DNA of 53,337 bases from Nanobdellota archaeon (GCA_038045705.1 JBBSXO010000004.1:1-53337), one strand, 5' to 3'. Positions 43,828-53,337 are shown, numbered from the stretch's first letter. Notes: generated by a model not told the origin, from the letters alone. Numbers and translations are program-made.

Positions 43828-45033
43828 ATGTTAGATTTAGTTCTGTCAATTTTAGCAGGTCTTTTAATAGGCATATTTACGGGCATTACACCAGGAATAC
43901 ACATAAACACTGTAACAACAATCCTGGTAGCAAATATCACTTTGTTTTCTTCATTTTCAACAACCTCTCTAATAACATTCATAGTTTCTTTAGCAATAGC
44001 TCATACAATACTAGACTTCATCCCATCAGTATTAACTGGTGCAACTGATGAAGAATCCTTTATGTCCGTTCTTCCAGGACATGAAATGCTCAAACAAGGC
44101 AAGGGCAAAGAAGCAATTCTCTTAATTTTAATAGGAGCACTAACAGCTATACCTCTAATTTTAGCTATAACTCCTTTATTTTTAAAAATAATCCCTTTAA
44201 TTTATGAAAATGTAATATTCATAATCCCATTTATCCTTATATTTATCTCGATTTATACTATCTCGAGAGAAGATAAAATCTTTATAGCTCTAACAGTTTT
44301 TATAGCAACAGGATTATTAGGGTTTACAGCATTAAACTCTCCAGTTAAAGATCCATTACTCCCCTTATTGGGAGGTTTATTTGGGGCATCAAGTATAATA
44401 ATAAGCTTAACACAAAAAATAAAAATTCCAAAACAACAGAAAATTAATATACCTAAATTTAATGAAATAAAAAAAGATTATTTTAAGTCAATCTTAGGAT
44501 CAATAATTTCAGCGCCATTATGTTCTTTCCTTCCGGCAATAGGTTCGGGACATGCAGCAACAATATCCTCTGAAGTCACACAACAATCAAGAAAAGGATT
44601 TTTAATAATGCTAGGTACAATAAACATAATAGTAATGACTTTAAGTTTTGCTACACTATACTCCTTAAATAAAACAAGAACAGGTGCTGCAGCTGCAATA
44701 AAAAATATTGCTGGAGAGCTAACAATAGAAAACTTATGGATGATAATAACAATTGTGATATTTACAATAATAATAACCTCAATTATTGCAATATTAATTA
44801 CCAATTTATTTATCAAGTTAATTGAAAAAGTAAATTATCGAAATGTATCTTTAATCATGCTTTTAATTTTAACATTTGCAGTAATAATTCTCTCAAATCT
44901 TTTAGGTCTAGTAGTTTTCATAACTTCAACTGCTTGGGGTATATTTGCAATTAAGTCCAATATAAGGAGAATAAATATGATGGGAGTCTTGTTAATTCCT
45001 ACAATAATAATTTATCTAACAAATCAACTCTAA
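43828..45033 (+). CDS. TctA/DUF112-family membrane permease
   Basis: TGITPGIHINT, DFIPS, SVLPGHEMLKQGKG, LPLLGGLFG. Confidence 0.88.
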   Translation: MLDLVLSILAGLLIGIFTGITPGIHINTVTTILVANITLFSSFSTTSLITFIVSLAIAHTILDFIPSVLTGATDEESFMSVLPGHEMLKQGKGKEAILLILIGALTAIPLILAITPLFLKIIPLIYENVIFIIPFILIFISIYTISREDKIFIALTVFIATGLLGFTALNSPVKDPLLPLLGGLFGASSIIISLTQKIKIPKQQKINIPKFNEIKKDYFKSILGSIISAPLCSFLPAIGSGHAATISSEVTQQSRKGFLIMLGTINIIVMTLSFATLYSLNKTRTGAAAAIKNIAGELTIENLWMIITIVIFTIIITSIIAILITNLFIKLIEKVNYRNVSLIMLLILTFAVIILSNLLGLVVFITSTAWGIFAIKSNIRRINMMGVLLIPTIIIYLTNQL

Positions 45034-48000
45034 AAATTCAATTTCATCTGTTTTTCCGTTTCTTTCCCAAAAATACTTTCAATATCAAGTTGAACAATCT
45101 CCAGATTCTCGAGCAAATAAGGACTTACATGATAAGTTCTTGCGAGATTAAGTGCAGCTTCCATATATTTTACTATACTCCCTTCAGATATTGTAAATAT
45201 TATCTTACCACCGCAATCGGTACATTTTCCAGCTAATGGGGGTCTTCTAAATTTTTCATTACAATTAACACATCTAAAAACTTGTTGAGAAAACTTTCTC
45301 AAATTACCCCTTATGTCTCTAATAAAGTGTCTTTCAATTATCAATCTAGCCACATCACTTGTGTCTACTGCACGTATTTTAGAACATAAATCCATTTGTT
45401 CAGCAACTTTATCATGCATCGTAGGAAGCGTCTTATAAGCTGAGTTCAAAACTGCAAGATTGATATCATCACAATCATGAGTGTATCCTAAATTAGTAAA
45501 TGTATCTTGTCCATTTTTCAGTCTATGAGATATTTTCTCAATCTTAACTTCTGAAGAATGTTTTCTTTGTTCTGAAAGTTCATAAAGTTCCAATGGATAT
45601 TTCCCACAAACAAAGTCTAAAATTTGATCATCCACTTCTCCAGCATTTATTTTTATGTTCAAAACAAGAGGAGCATCTTGAGTTCCACCCCTATGAGAAG
45701 GTAAAAACTTTCTTGAAAAATTAAGAAGCATATCCATCAGTAAAATTACGGCAGCTTCATCGCCATCACAATCTCTTCTCATAGCTGCATGCATAAATGG
45801 AGATGCAAAAAAAGCCTGAGTTTTAGAAAAACCAATCAGTCTTCCAACAGTAGCAGTACAAATATGAGGAGCGATACAAGCAAACAATGTACCCAACAAA
45901 GATTCTTTGCTTACTGGCTTGAAAAATCTCTCAAGACCATAAATCTTATCAAGTTCATCATCTACAAATTTAACTATATTATAAAAAACATCATCTGCTC
46001 TTTCATCAAGAGTTTCAGGACAAGATGGCAAGATTATATCATGGGGAAAGATTTCTAATATCTGATTTTCATTTTCCAATTTAGCCCCATTAATATCTTT
46101 TTCATAACCTAATTCGATCAGTTTAACGACACTAGTGCCTATCTCTTTAGGCTTAAAATAACTAATAGGCATCTCAGTCATATCATATCTTATAGTTCCA
46201 TCTTTATTTACATGCAAATTATATTTAGCGCGCAACAATCCCTTTGCAAGGTGTTCGCAATTATGTTCTTCACTTGAAGTCCCTCTTACACCCTTGATAA
46301 CCACAGGTAAATCATCAATTCTAGCACCAATTAGTTTTTTAGCAAGTTCAAACTGTTGTTTTATATCCACTCTTCTTAAAGAAAAATTCTGATTCCTATC
46401 TGGATGCAATTCACAATTAGAGTCTGAATATTTTTTACAGATAGTACAATAATTTCTTTTTTTACAAAGAGTCATGCAGAGAGGACATCTTGGATAAGGA
46501 CTATCATCACCACATAAAGTGCAAAAATAATTTGGAAAATCTGCCTGAACACTACCATATTCAACAGCTGCTTGAATACTCCTTAATCTTCCACCTTCTT
46601 CGCTAACTGGAAAAATAACATGAGGGCTCCCAGTAAGTTTACGTAACTTTGCTTTTTCAGGCCTACCCATTCTAGCTCCAATGAAATCTCCTGCTTTATC
46701 TTTAATATTAACTTTAGATAAATTGTTTACAACATCTAAAACAACGCCTTCATGCGGAACTTTCTTAATAATCTCATCAAAGGATTCTTCTAATTTATCA
46801 AAAGAATCCATCCCTAAATTAAAGAGCAAAGCTTTTCCATTAACCTCATCAAGGACAACATTCTCGATACTAGTATTATGTGGACAGCCTATTAACTCAA
46901 GAGCTCTCTTCCCAATATTAAATCTTTCCCTGTCATTTTTAGAATAAGGCAAAACAAATTTACCCTCATATTTACCATGAACGATCCAATCAATAAGACC
47001 AAGAAATTGAGGATAACTTATCTGAGTCCAATAATAAATATATCTTGGGTATAATGGGACAGAATAATCTTTAGAAATTTTAACCGCCTCATCAAACGAA
47101 ACATTAAACACATCTAAAACGCTCCCTCCAGCTTTCTCAAGTTGTAAATTCCACCATTCCTCAACATAACCTGCCTTTAGCAAAGGAGAATTTCTATTAA
47201 TTACATCATCTAATGGAAATAGAATATCTCCTAAGTAAATTATTTCTTCTACCTGATTCTTTATTTTGTGAGCATCTTCCATAGTTGTTGGTTTTACAAC
47301 AGACCCATCCTTTAACTTAACAATTGGACCTTCAATATTTTCAACCATTGATATAGCACATCCTTTTGTTGGTTTCTCTATCTTTAGTTGGGTCCCGACA
47401 GCTAAAAATGAACGAGAAATCGCCATTGTAGCAGGACTCACAGAAGTTGCAGAAAATCCAGCATTTCTAGCCCGACCATATCTAAATCTAAATCCTCCGG
47501 AACGTGAAGGGTGACAGTAAATTGGCCTCCCAGCAACAATATCCTTCATATAAGTTGGAACACCATCTCCCTCTCCAGTTCCTTTAACTTTCTTCTTCTG
47601 AATATTTACATATTCTTCCAAAAAATCAAAACCAGTTGATTTGAACCCATTCTCTTTAGCAACTTTTAACAATCTAAAACCCTTAGCTGCTTTTTGTGCA
47701 AGGCACTCTGAAAAAATCAAACACATCCCACCACGTATAAAATTAGTTTCTATTCTCGGCAAATCTTTGTAATTATATACCTCTCTCTGTTCAGTTGGTT
47801 CTCCAGCTATTTGTATCGGAATGTTTTTAGCAAGAAATGTTAATTCTTCTTCTGAAGGTAAATACTGTAAGTTAGTAACTCTTTCATGATAATCATAGTT
47901 TTCAGTAACATATCTCTTAACCTCATCTTCTGTAGGGTCATATTTTGCAAACCCAAATAACTCTCTCAAATAATCAATAACCATTAAAGCAACACAACCC

Positions 48001-48470
48001 GCAGTTGTTCCAGCACTGCGTATTGGTCCAGAAAAATAAGCAACAAAGTAATCTTTTCCATCTCTAGTCTTATTCAATTTTAAATCTGTATATCCCTCAA
48101 TTGGAGAAGAAACAACTCCCAAAGTAAAATAAGAAAAAGCAACACGTATTCCTGCATCTATTGCTTGCAACAAGCTTTCAAATTTGCAATATTTTTCTCT
48201 TGCAATATCTTCTGCAACACCTAAACAAACAGACATTGTCAATTGCCCATATTGTTTCTCCAACTCTAAAATCCTATTAACAAGTCTCTGATCTTGTAAT
48301 TGAGGGTAAACGACAGAGATTAACCCAACAGCTTTTTCAGCAAGAGATATTGCAATAGGAGTTTCAACTTTAGAAATTGGATCAAGACCCTTAGCACGAG
48401 CAAGCTGAGCCACATCATATGCTTTTTTTACCTCGTCACTTATATGTTGAAAATATTGTTTTGAATTCAT
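45030..48470 (-). CDS. polC: DNA polymerase D large subunit DP2
   Basis: GVVSSPIEG, GPIRSAGTTA, GGFRFRYGRAR, GARMGRPEKAK, KDGTIRYD, RRDCDGDE, RGGTQDAPLVL, C-terminal Zn finger. Confidence 0.97.
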   Translation of the reverse strand: MNSKQYFQHISDEVKKAYDVAQLARAKGLDPISKVETPIAISLAEKAVGLISVVYPQLQDQRLVNRILELEKQYGQLTMSVCLGVAEDIAREKYCKFESLLQAIDAGIRVAFSYFTLGVVSSPIEGYTDLKLNKTRDGKDYFVAYFSGPIRSAGTTAGCVALMVIDYLRELFGFAKYDPTEDEVKRYVTENYDYHERVTNLQYLPSEEELTFLAKNIPIQIAGEPTEQREVYNYKDLPRIETNFIRGGMCLIFSECLAQKAAKGFRLLKVAKENGFKSTGFDFLEEYVNIQKKKVKGTGEGDGVPTYMKDIVAGRPIYCHPSRSGGFRFRYGRARNAGFSATSVSPATMAISRSFLAVGTQLKIEKPTKGCAISMVENIEGPIVKLKDGSVVKPTTMEDAHKIKNQVEEIIYLGDILFPLDDVINRNSPLLKAGYVEEWWNLQLEKAGGSVLDVFNVSFDEAVKISKDYSVPLYPRYIYYWTQISYPQFLGLIDWIVHGKYEGKFVLPYSKNDRERFNIGKRALELIGCPHNTSIENVVLDEVNGKALLFNLGMDSFDKLEESFDEIIKKVPHEGVVLDVVNNLSKVNIKDKAGDFIGARMGRPEKAKLRKLTGSPHVIFPVSEEGGRLRSIQAAVEYGSVQADFPNYFCTLCGDDSPYPRCPLCMTLCKKRNYCTICKKYSDSNCELHPDRNQNFSLRRVDIKQQFELAKKLIGARIDDLPVVIKGVRGTSSEEHNCEHLAKGLLRAKYNLHVNKDGTIRYDMTEMPISYFKPKEIGTSVVKLIELGYEKDINGAKLENENQILEIFPHDIILPSCPETLDERADDVFYNIVKFVDDELDKIYGLERFFKPVSKESLLGTLFACIAPHICTATVGRLIGFSKTQAFFASPFMHAAMRRDCDGDEAAVILLMDMLLNFSRKFLPSHRGGTQDAPLVLNIKINAGEVDDQILDFVCGKYPLELYELSEQRKHSSEVKIEKISHRLKNGQDTFTNLGYTHDCDDINLAVLNSAYKTLPTMHDKVAEQMDLCSKIRAVDTSDVARLIIERHFIRDIRGNLRKFSQQVFRCVNCNEKFRRPPLAGKCTDCGGKIIFTISEGSIVKYMEAALNLARTYHVSPYLLENLEIVQLDIESIFGKETEKQMKLNF

Positions 48471-50038
48471 TCAACCTTCCCTTGATTTCTCTCATCCGAA
48501 ATACTAAAATCCAAAACTTTTAGTTCATGAGTCTTAATATTAAAAATAGGAACCTTGCAAGGGTCTGGTATATTTCCAACTTTTTCTTCAAACTCAGTTC
48601 TAGCCTGCCAACAGCTCCCAGTCATTATTAATGTTCCATTATATCTTTCAATATCAAGTCTATGAACTTCACCAGTACAAAAAATATCTGGAACCTCTGA
48701 AATTACCAATGCATCATTTTCAGGATTAGGCACATAAACCACAGATGCAGAAACTCCATGACTAGGAGCAAGATGTCTCCTTTTGAGCATATGTTTAACC
48801 GCTTTTGCAGGAGACTTGTGAGCTTTAATTAGGCGCAACTCTTCAATATTATTAATAAATGCATGTATACTCGCACCATGATACATTTGAACTTTAAACT
48901 CCTTACCTTTTTCATTTAGTTTAACAAGACAAGGATTAGGCACAAGAACTATATTAGATATATTATGGAGTGCTCCAGCATAATTTTTATCAAGGGGTGG
49001 TTGTGGCTCTGGAACTCTTGAAATATCATGCTGCCCCGGACAAATAAAAACGGTTATTTTTTCAGGAATTCTTTTTAAATATTTTGCAAAATCATCATAC
49101 TGCCCTTTCAAAGTTTTTATTTCAAGAAACTTTTCCTGTCCTGGAAAAACACCCAACCCATCAACAGAATCCCCCACAACAAACAAATACTTAATTTTCT
49201 GAGCGAGTTCATCATCACTAGAAAGCCATTCAATAAAACTATCAAATTCAGGTCTTAAAAACTTTTTACTTCCAACATGAATATCTGAAATAAATGCAAG
49301 ACCACAATCTTCATCAAACTTAGTTTTTTGTAAAACAAAAGAGTCAGGAAAAAATACTTCATGACCCATTATTAGTTCATTATTTCCAGTACATCTAACT
49401 GCAACAACCTCATCTAACTGTAATTCATTAGCATCTTTGAAAGAAGTGCCTCCAAGTTTAAAAACAACGTTCGTTTTTCCAGTTAAATCTTCAAAAACAA
49501 CAAGAAGATTTTTATTTTTTGTAATCCTTTTTTCAGAAACCATACCAATAATAGTAAATTGTTGTCTTGTGTTTGAAATTTTATTTATTGAAATTAAATT
49601 ATCAAGATTATTTCTTCTAAGCAATATGTTTTGAATTTCCTTGTAACGCGCTCTAAAATGTCCAACAAAATCAGAAACCTCTATTTTTTTAGCAAAGGTA
49701 GTTTTTCCATAATGTAATGTATAATTAGGCCTAGATTTTTCAATTTTCTCTACCTTTTTTTCAACACCCCCATTAATATTAATTTCAATTCCTAATTTAA
49801 TAAACACACTAAGAAATTTAGGTTCAATCCCGTCAATCAAATGACTAATATCTTTTGATATAACCCAATTTCTTATAAGTGAAGATCTAGTAATCATTTT
49901 TTGTCCTGAAACTTGCTCAAAATTTTCAAGCAATTTTCTAATTGTAGAAAGATCAGTTATACCACTAAGAGCTTCAAATATTTCCTTCTCAAGCAAGAGT
50001 CCCTTTTCTTTAACTATTTGAAGTAATTCAGAATTCAT
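48467..50038 (-). CDS. polB: DNA polymerase D small subunit DP1
   Basis: OB fold (IIGMVSEKR, EDLTG) and phosphoesterase motifs SDIHVGS, GDSVDG.GVFPGQ, PGQHD, YHG, RRHLAP, TGEVH. Confidence 0.95.
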   Translation of the reverse strand: MNSELLQIVKEKGLLLEKEIFEALSGITDLSTIRKLLENFEQVSGQKMITRSSLIRNWVISKDISHLIDGIEPKFLSVFIKLGIEININGGVEKKVEKIEKSRPNYTLHYGKTTFAKKIEVSDFVGHFRARYKEIQNILLRRNNLDNLISINKISNTRQQFTIIGMVSEKRITKNKNLLVVFEDLTGKTNVVFKLGGTSFKDANELQLDEVVAVRCTGNNELIMGHEVFFPDSFVLQKTKFDEDCGLAFISDIHVGSKKFLRPEFDSFIEWLSSDDELAQKIKYLFVVGDSVDGLGVFPGQEKFLEIKTLKGQYDDFAKYLKRIPEKITVFICPGQHDISRVPEPQPPLDKNYAGALHNISNIVLVPNPCLVKLNEKGKEFKVQMYHGASIHAFINNIEELRLIKAHKSPAKAVKHMLKRRHLAPSHGVSASVVYVPNPENDALVISEVPDIFCTGEVHRLDIERYNGTLIMTGSCWQARTEFEEKVGNIPDPCKVPIFNIKTHELKVLDFSISDERNQGKVE

Positions 50039-52335
50039 ATGTTTAAAGCAGTCTCCAAAATCTCCTTTGCTTTTGGTTTTAAATTTTCTGGAACCATCAA
50101 TTTTATTTCTCTAGTCCTTCCCATTCTACCTCTACTTATAACATCTACATTAATCAAACCAAGCATGTCAAATTCTGCAATTATATCTGAAACACGACGT
50201 TGTGTTAAAATTTCAATTTTAGTTTTCTGACACATCTCCTGATATTTATTATATACATTTCCAGTAAAAATGCCTTCTTTATTATCATTCTTAGTTAAAT
50301 TCAAAATACTGTAAAGAACAAGCTGATGTTGTCTTGGTTCATTTTCAATAATATCTAACATTTTATCTCTTTCAATTTTATTATTTGCTTTATCAATAAA
50401 TTCCATAGTTAATTTCTTAGAATTTTCTCTTTCAGCAAGCTCTCCCGCTACACGAAGTAAATCTAATGCTCTTCTAGCATCTCCATGTTCACGAGCGGCA
50501 AATGCAGCACATTTTGAAAAAACACCTTCATCCAAAACACCTTCAGCAAAAGCTTGATTTGCCCTTTCACGTAATATATCTTGTAATTGTAAAGCATTGT
50601 AAGGCGCAAATACAAGTTCCTCTTCTCCAAGAGAACTTCTAACTCTGGGGTCTATATGATCCATAAAAGTCAAACTATTACTTATTCCAACAAGACTTAT
50701 TTGAGCATTCTTCAATTCAGAATTTAATCTAGTTAAATTATATAAAAATCCATCAGAAATCTTTTTTACAGCTTGATCTATTTCATCCATAACTATTAAA
50801 ATTAGTTGTTTCTTCCTTTCAATAATTTCTATAAACTTAGAATAAACTGCATCAGTAGGAAGTCCAGTAGCAGGAACACTCTCTCCCAAAGCAGATATTA
50901 TTTCAGCTAAAATTCTATATTCAGTATCTGCAATTTTCTTGAGTTTACAATTAAGATAAACAACTTTTAGATTATTTGCACCTGAGTCACTAACTCTCTT
51001 CAAAATTTCTTTAGTTACATATTGTACTGAAAGCGTTTTCCCAGTATTATGTGAAATAATACCATTAGCTATAAAATTATGATTATTTGGGACAGTCAAA
51101 TCATAAACAAATGGTTCATAGACTTCTTCTATTTTAGATATAGGTGAAGTTAAGTAAGACAAATCATTAACACCCATATTTTTAACATACTTTTGAAGCA
51201 TAATTTTTAGTTTTTCCTGTTTACTTAGACTATAAAATCCAATTTTATAATAAAATTTTGTTAAATTTTCCTGGTTGCTTATAGAAAGTCTATATGAATC
51301 AAAATATTTATCTTTTAATTTTGCTTTTTTATAACTTACTCTACAAGATATTCCATCTTGATGTAAAATATAAGAAATTTGTTGTAATAACTTTTTAGAA
51401 TTAGAATAATATTCCACTAAATAAGTTTGTTGGTTAACAGTCCCATCTCCAGAAAATAGAGCTTTAAGAAATTCTCTTTGAATCACATCTGACGCTTCTA
51501 AAATAATAGAAGGTATCTCCACTATAGCACTTTTACTTCCAAAAGGAACACCATAAAAATTCAAAGTTCCACAAACTTGTTGAGATATTGTCTGGATATG
51601 GATACATCTATTTTTTAGATAAATTATTGTGGGAGTACAATTAAATAATTCTTTCAAATCTCTTTGAACAATTTGTAAAAGATTATTATCAATACTAAAA
51701 TATCTAAATCTTTGCCTGTTAGAATTATAAAAACCACCTCTACTATGCTCAACTCTTCTTTCTCTTTTATTTAAACTACCATCACTTATAGTAAAACCTA
51801 ATAACCTCGCTAAAGCAAGAGGAATCTCTTTTGTATTAATTGAAGGTAAATTATAACTTATAGTTAAATTATCATCAAGAGAAAGTTCATGAGCTTTCTT
51901 CCATTGCATATTAGGTAAAAGCAAAGGATGATCCTTTGTTACTATTAATTCATATCCATTATGAAGAGTTATTTTTAAAAGTTTATCTTTATTCTCAAAT
52001 CTCAAAAATACAAATTCACTCCATTCATATTCTTTAGTGTTAACATTAAAACTCAAAACTTTATCAGTTCTATGATTAACTTCTTTTATTTTTTTCCAAC
52101 CATTATCTGTATAAATTAAACTATCTCCAGCTATACAACCAGTTTTCCCGAAAACGAATAAGTTACTTACTCTCTCCCCACGAATAGCAGGTGCAAGTAT
52201 AGATGCAACTTCTTCTATTTGTTTATCTCTATGAGGTATAGTTTCAGGAGTATAATTTATCTGTAAAACACTTTTATTCTTAAATATACTTCCATTTGAA
52301 TAAGAATTAAAAATATTATCTAATTTTGAAACCAT
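50035..52335 (-). CDS. cdc6: Cdc6/Orc1 replication initiator containing an intein
   Basis: YTPETIPHRD, Walker A GKTG|intein|TGKT, YLNC, MDEID, DPRVRSSL, F.PYNA.QL.DIL, GDARRALDLLR, winged helix; SD GAGGTG favours ATG 52335. Confidence 0.96.
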   Translation of the reverse strand: MVSKLDNIFNSYSNGSIFKNKSVLQINYTPETIPHRDKQIEEVASILAPAIRGERVSNLFVFGKTGCIAGDSLIYTDNGWKKIKEVNHRTDKVLSFNVNTKEYEWSEFVFLRFENKDKLLKITLHNGYELIVTKDHPLLLPNMQWKKAHELSLDDNLTISYNLPSINTKEIPLALARLLGFTISDGSLNKRERRVEHSRGGFYNSNRQRFRYFSIDNNLLQIVQRDLKELFNCTPTIIYLKNRCIHIQTISQQVCGTLNFYGVPFGSKSAIVEIPSIILEASDVIQREFLKALFSGDGTVNQQTYLVEYYSNSKKLLQQISYILHQDGISCRVSYKKAKLKDKYFDSYRLSISNQENLTKFYYKIGFYSLSKQEKLKIMLQKYVKNMGVNDLSYLTSPISKIEEVYEPFVYDLTVPNNHNFIANGIISHNTGKTLSVQYVTKEILKRVSDSGANNLKVVYLNCKLKKIADTEYRILAEIISALGESVPATGLPTDAVYSKFIEIIERKKQLILIVMDEIDQAVKKISDGFLYNLTRLNSELKNAQISLVGISNSLTFMDHIDPRVRSSLGEEELVFAPYNALQLQDILRERANQAFAEGVLDEGVFSKCAAFAAREHGDARRALDLLRVAGELAERENSKKLTMEFIDKANNKIERDKMLDIIENEPRQHQLVLYSILNLTKNDNKEGIFTGNVYNKYQEMCQKTKIEILTQRRVSDIIAEFDMLGLINVDVISRGRMGRTREIKLMVPENLKPKAKEILETALNI
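51046..52137 (-). mobile_element. Intein with LAGLIDADG homing endonuclease (364 aa) in the Cdc6 Walker A motif
   Basis: Starts CIAGDSLIYT, block B VTKDHPL, LAGLIDADG helices LLGFTISDGSL and FLKALFSGDGTV, ends VYDLTVPNNHNFIANGIISHN with Thr at +1. Confidence 0.95.
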
Positions 52336-52384
52336 TAACACCTCAATATATTTTGAAATCGTATTTATTTAAACATATTGTTAC

Positions 52385-52790
52385 ACTAACCATTACTTCC
52401 GATGAAACTAGCATTAAATTACGACGGTAAAATATATCTTAAATTAAACGAACACCTTAACTCACAGACACCATCATTTCCGATGTAGAATAGTTATTAA
52501 TAATAATATAATCATTTATTAATCTATATACTAGATAAGATATATCTTAATATATATAATAGAATATATTCTTTATAATATAATATTTATAAAAATATAT
52601 ATTATATTGTATATATTTTACTATTCATATCAATAGATAAGATATATTATGATATATTATAATATATAAAAATTTATAAACTAAAAATATAAAAATAAAA
52701 TATATTATTATTATTTAAACCTAACACATCTTTCCACAAGAAATCAAGGGGAGACAGTGTAAATAACATTTACAAATTAAACGAACTCTA
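52385..52790. other. Probable replication origin (oriC): ORB-like boxes flanking an AT-rich unwinding element
   Basis: Non-coding ~520 nt upstream of cdc6; near-pure A/T core at about 52490-52720; TTCCACAAGAAATCAAGGGG (+, 52732-52751) and minus-strand TTTCATCGGAAGTAATGG and TACATCGGAAATGATGGTG (about 52390-52407 and 52469-52487) resemble the ORB consensus TTCCAGTGGAAAC..AGGGG. Confidence 0.8.
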
Positions 52791-52859
52791 ATAAATATGA
52801 TTTAAAAGACTCAATTTTGATATAATAATCTTTATATACTTAACAAATTAATCCAGCCT

Positions 52860-53120
52860 ATGAATATAAATAAAAAACCATTAAGAGAATTTATAGGAAA
52901 ACCAGTTGTCACAAAAGAAGGTAAACGTTTAGGTTTAGTAAAAGATATTACATTTGAAACAAGAACAGGAGAATTAATTCAATTATTAATAAAAGACCAA
53001 ACACCTTATCTAAAAAGTCTTAATATAGAAACAAATACTTCAAAAGAATCAGTAATCCCTTACAATTCTATCATTGCAGTAGCGGATTTTATAGTAGTTT
53101 CTGAAGAAGATTTGATTTAG
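52860..53120 (+). CDS. PRC-barrel domain protein (CdpB-like)
   Basis: FIGKPVVTKEGKRLGLVKDITFETRTGEL...IPYNSIIAVADFIVV. Confidence 0.9.
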   Translation: MNINKKPLREFIGKPVVTKEGKRLGLVKDITFETRTGELIQLLIKDQTPYLKSLNIETNTSKESVIPYNSIIAVADFIVVSEEDLI

Positions 53121-53123
53121 TTT

Positions 53124-53291
53124 ATGAAAAATTCAATTAATTGGGTATTTAATATTTTATTAATAATTCCTTATCTTATAGCAGTAACTATTATGATTAA
53201 GATATTCATTTATTATATAATAAAAGGGTACTTTCCAGTATATAATTTCTTTTTATTGGTTGCCCCTTTATCTCTATTAATATTTAGGTGA
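53124..53291 (+). CDS. Possible small membrane protein (55 aa)
   Basis: Open frame 3 nt after the PRC-barrel stop: MKNSINWVFNILLIIPYLIAVTIMIKIFIYYIIKGYFPVYNFFLLVAPLSLLIFR; could be a chance ORF in AT-rich DNA. Confidence 0.35.
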   Translation: MKNSINWVFNILLIIPYLIAVTIMIKIFIYYIIKGYFPVYNFFLLVAPLSLLIFR

Positions 53292-53337
53292 TTAGTGGAA
53301 ATACGCACTAAACTCGCCTCCTTACACAAATATCAAA

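Noticed and set aside
43828-45033. TctA without TctB/TctC as a novelty
   Set aside because: Stand-alone TctA/DUF112 proteins are normal in archaea.
2627-50230. Many antisense or overlapping track ORFs (for example 2627..2863, 6177..6716, 12157..12516, 26520..26834, 41622..41954, 45789..46058)
   Set aside because: They lie within well-supported genes on the other strand or frame and have no motifs.
52490-52720. CRISPR array or tandem repeat in the AT-rich stretch
   Set aside because: No regular repeat-spacer periodicity; better explained as an unwinding element. No CRISPR array or cas gene was seen in the window.
53200-53337. Gene starts near the right edge (GTG 53295 on +, or a 31-aa minus-strand ORF after AGGAGG)
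   Set aside because: Too short or truncated to tell apart from chance.

Overview
53 kb of AT-rich archaeal chromosome. SRP54, RadA, RPA, aIF2a, eS27, aEF-1b, PolD DP1/DP2, Cdc6/Orc1, short intergenic spaces and TATA boxes about 25-30 nt before many ATGs point to a reduced DPANN genome, most like Pacearchaeota (inferred from gene style, not a search result). Main content: (1) a >860-aa secreted beta-helix/TIG/FN3 protein that runs off the left edge and is missing from the ORF track; (2) housekeeping genes, two tRNAs (Gln-TTG, Arg-GCG) and two VapBC pairs; (3) a 13-kb type IV pilus-like locus with an A24 peptidase, 11 class III signal-peptide proteins (two are unannotated 35- and 51-aa mini-pilins), a double platform protein and an ATPase; (4) a 28.7-42.5 kb block whose strand/codon bias is reversed relative to its flanks and whose ends carry an inverted ~15-bp motif; it holds paralogous surface glycoproteins, a split Hef with a 3-gene island between the halves, and a PRC-barrel / membrane-paralog-triplet / coiled-coil cluster; (5) a cdc6(intein)-DP1-DP2 operon next to a likely oriC with ORB-like boxes. 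Several enzymes have lost catalytic or metal-binding residues, and a cysteine-free Nop10 resembling the eukaryotic protein sits in the usual position. All calls come from reading motifs by eye; no searches were run.
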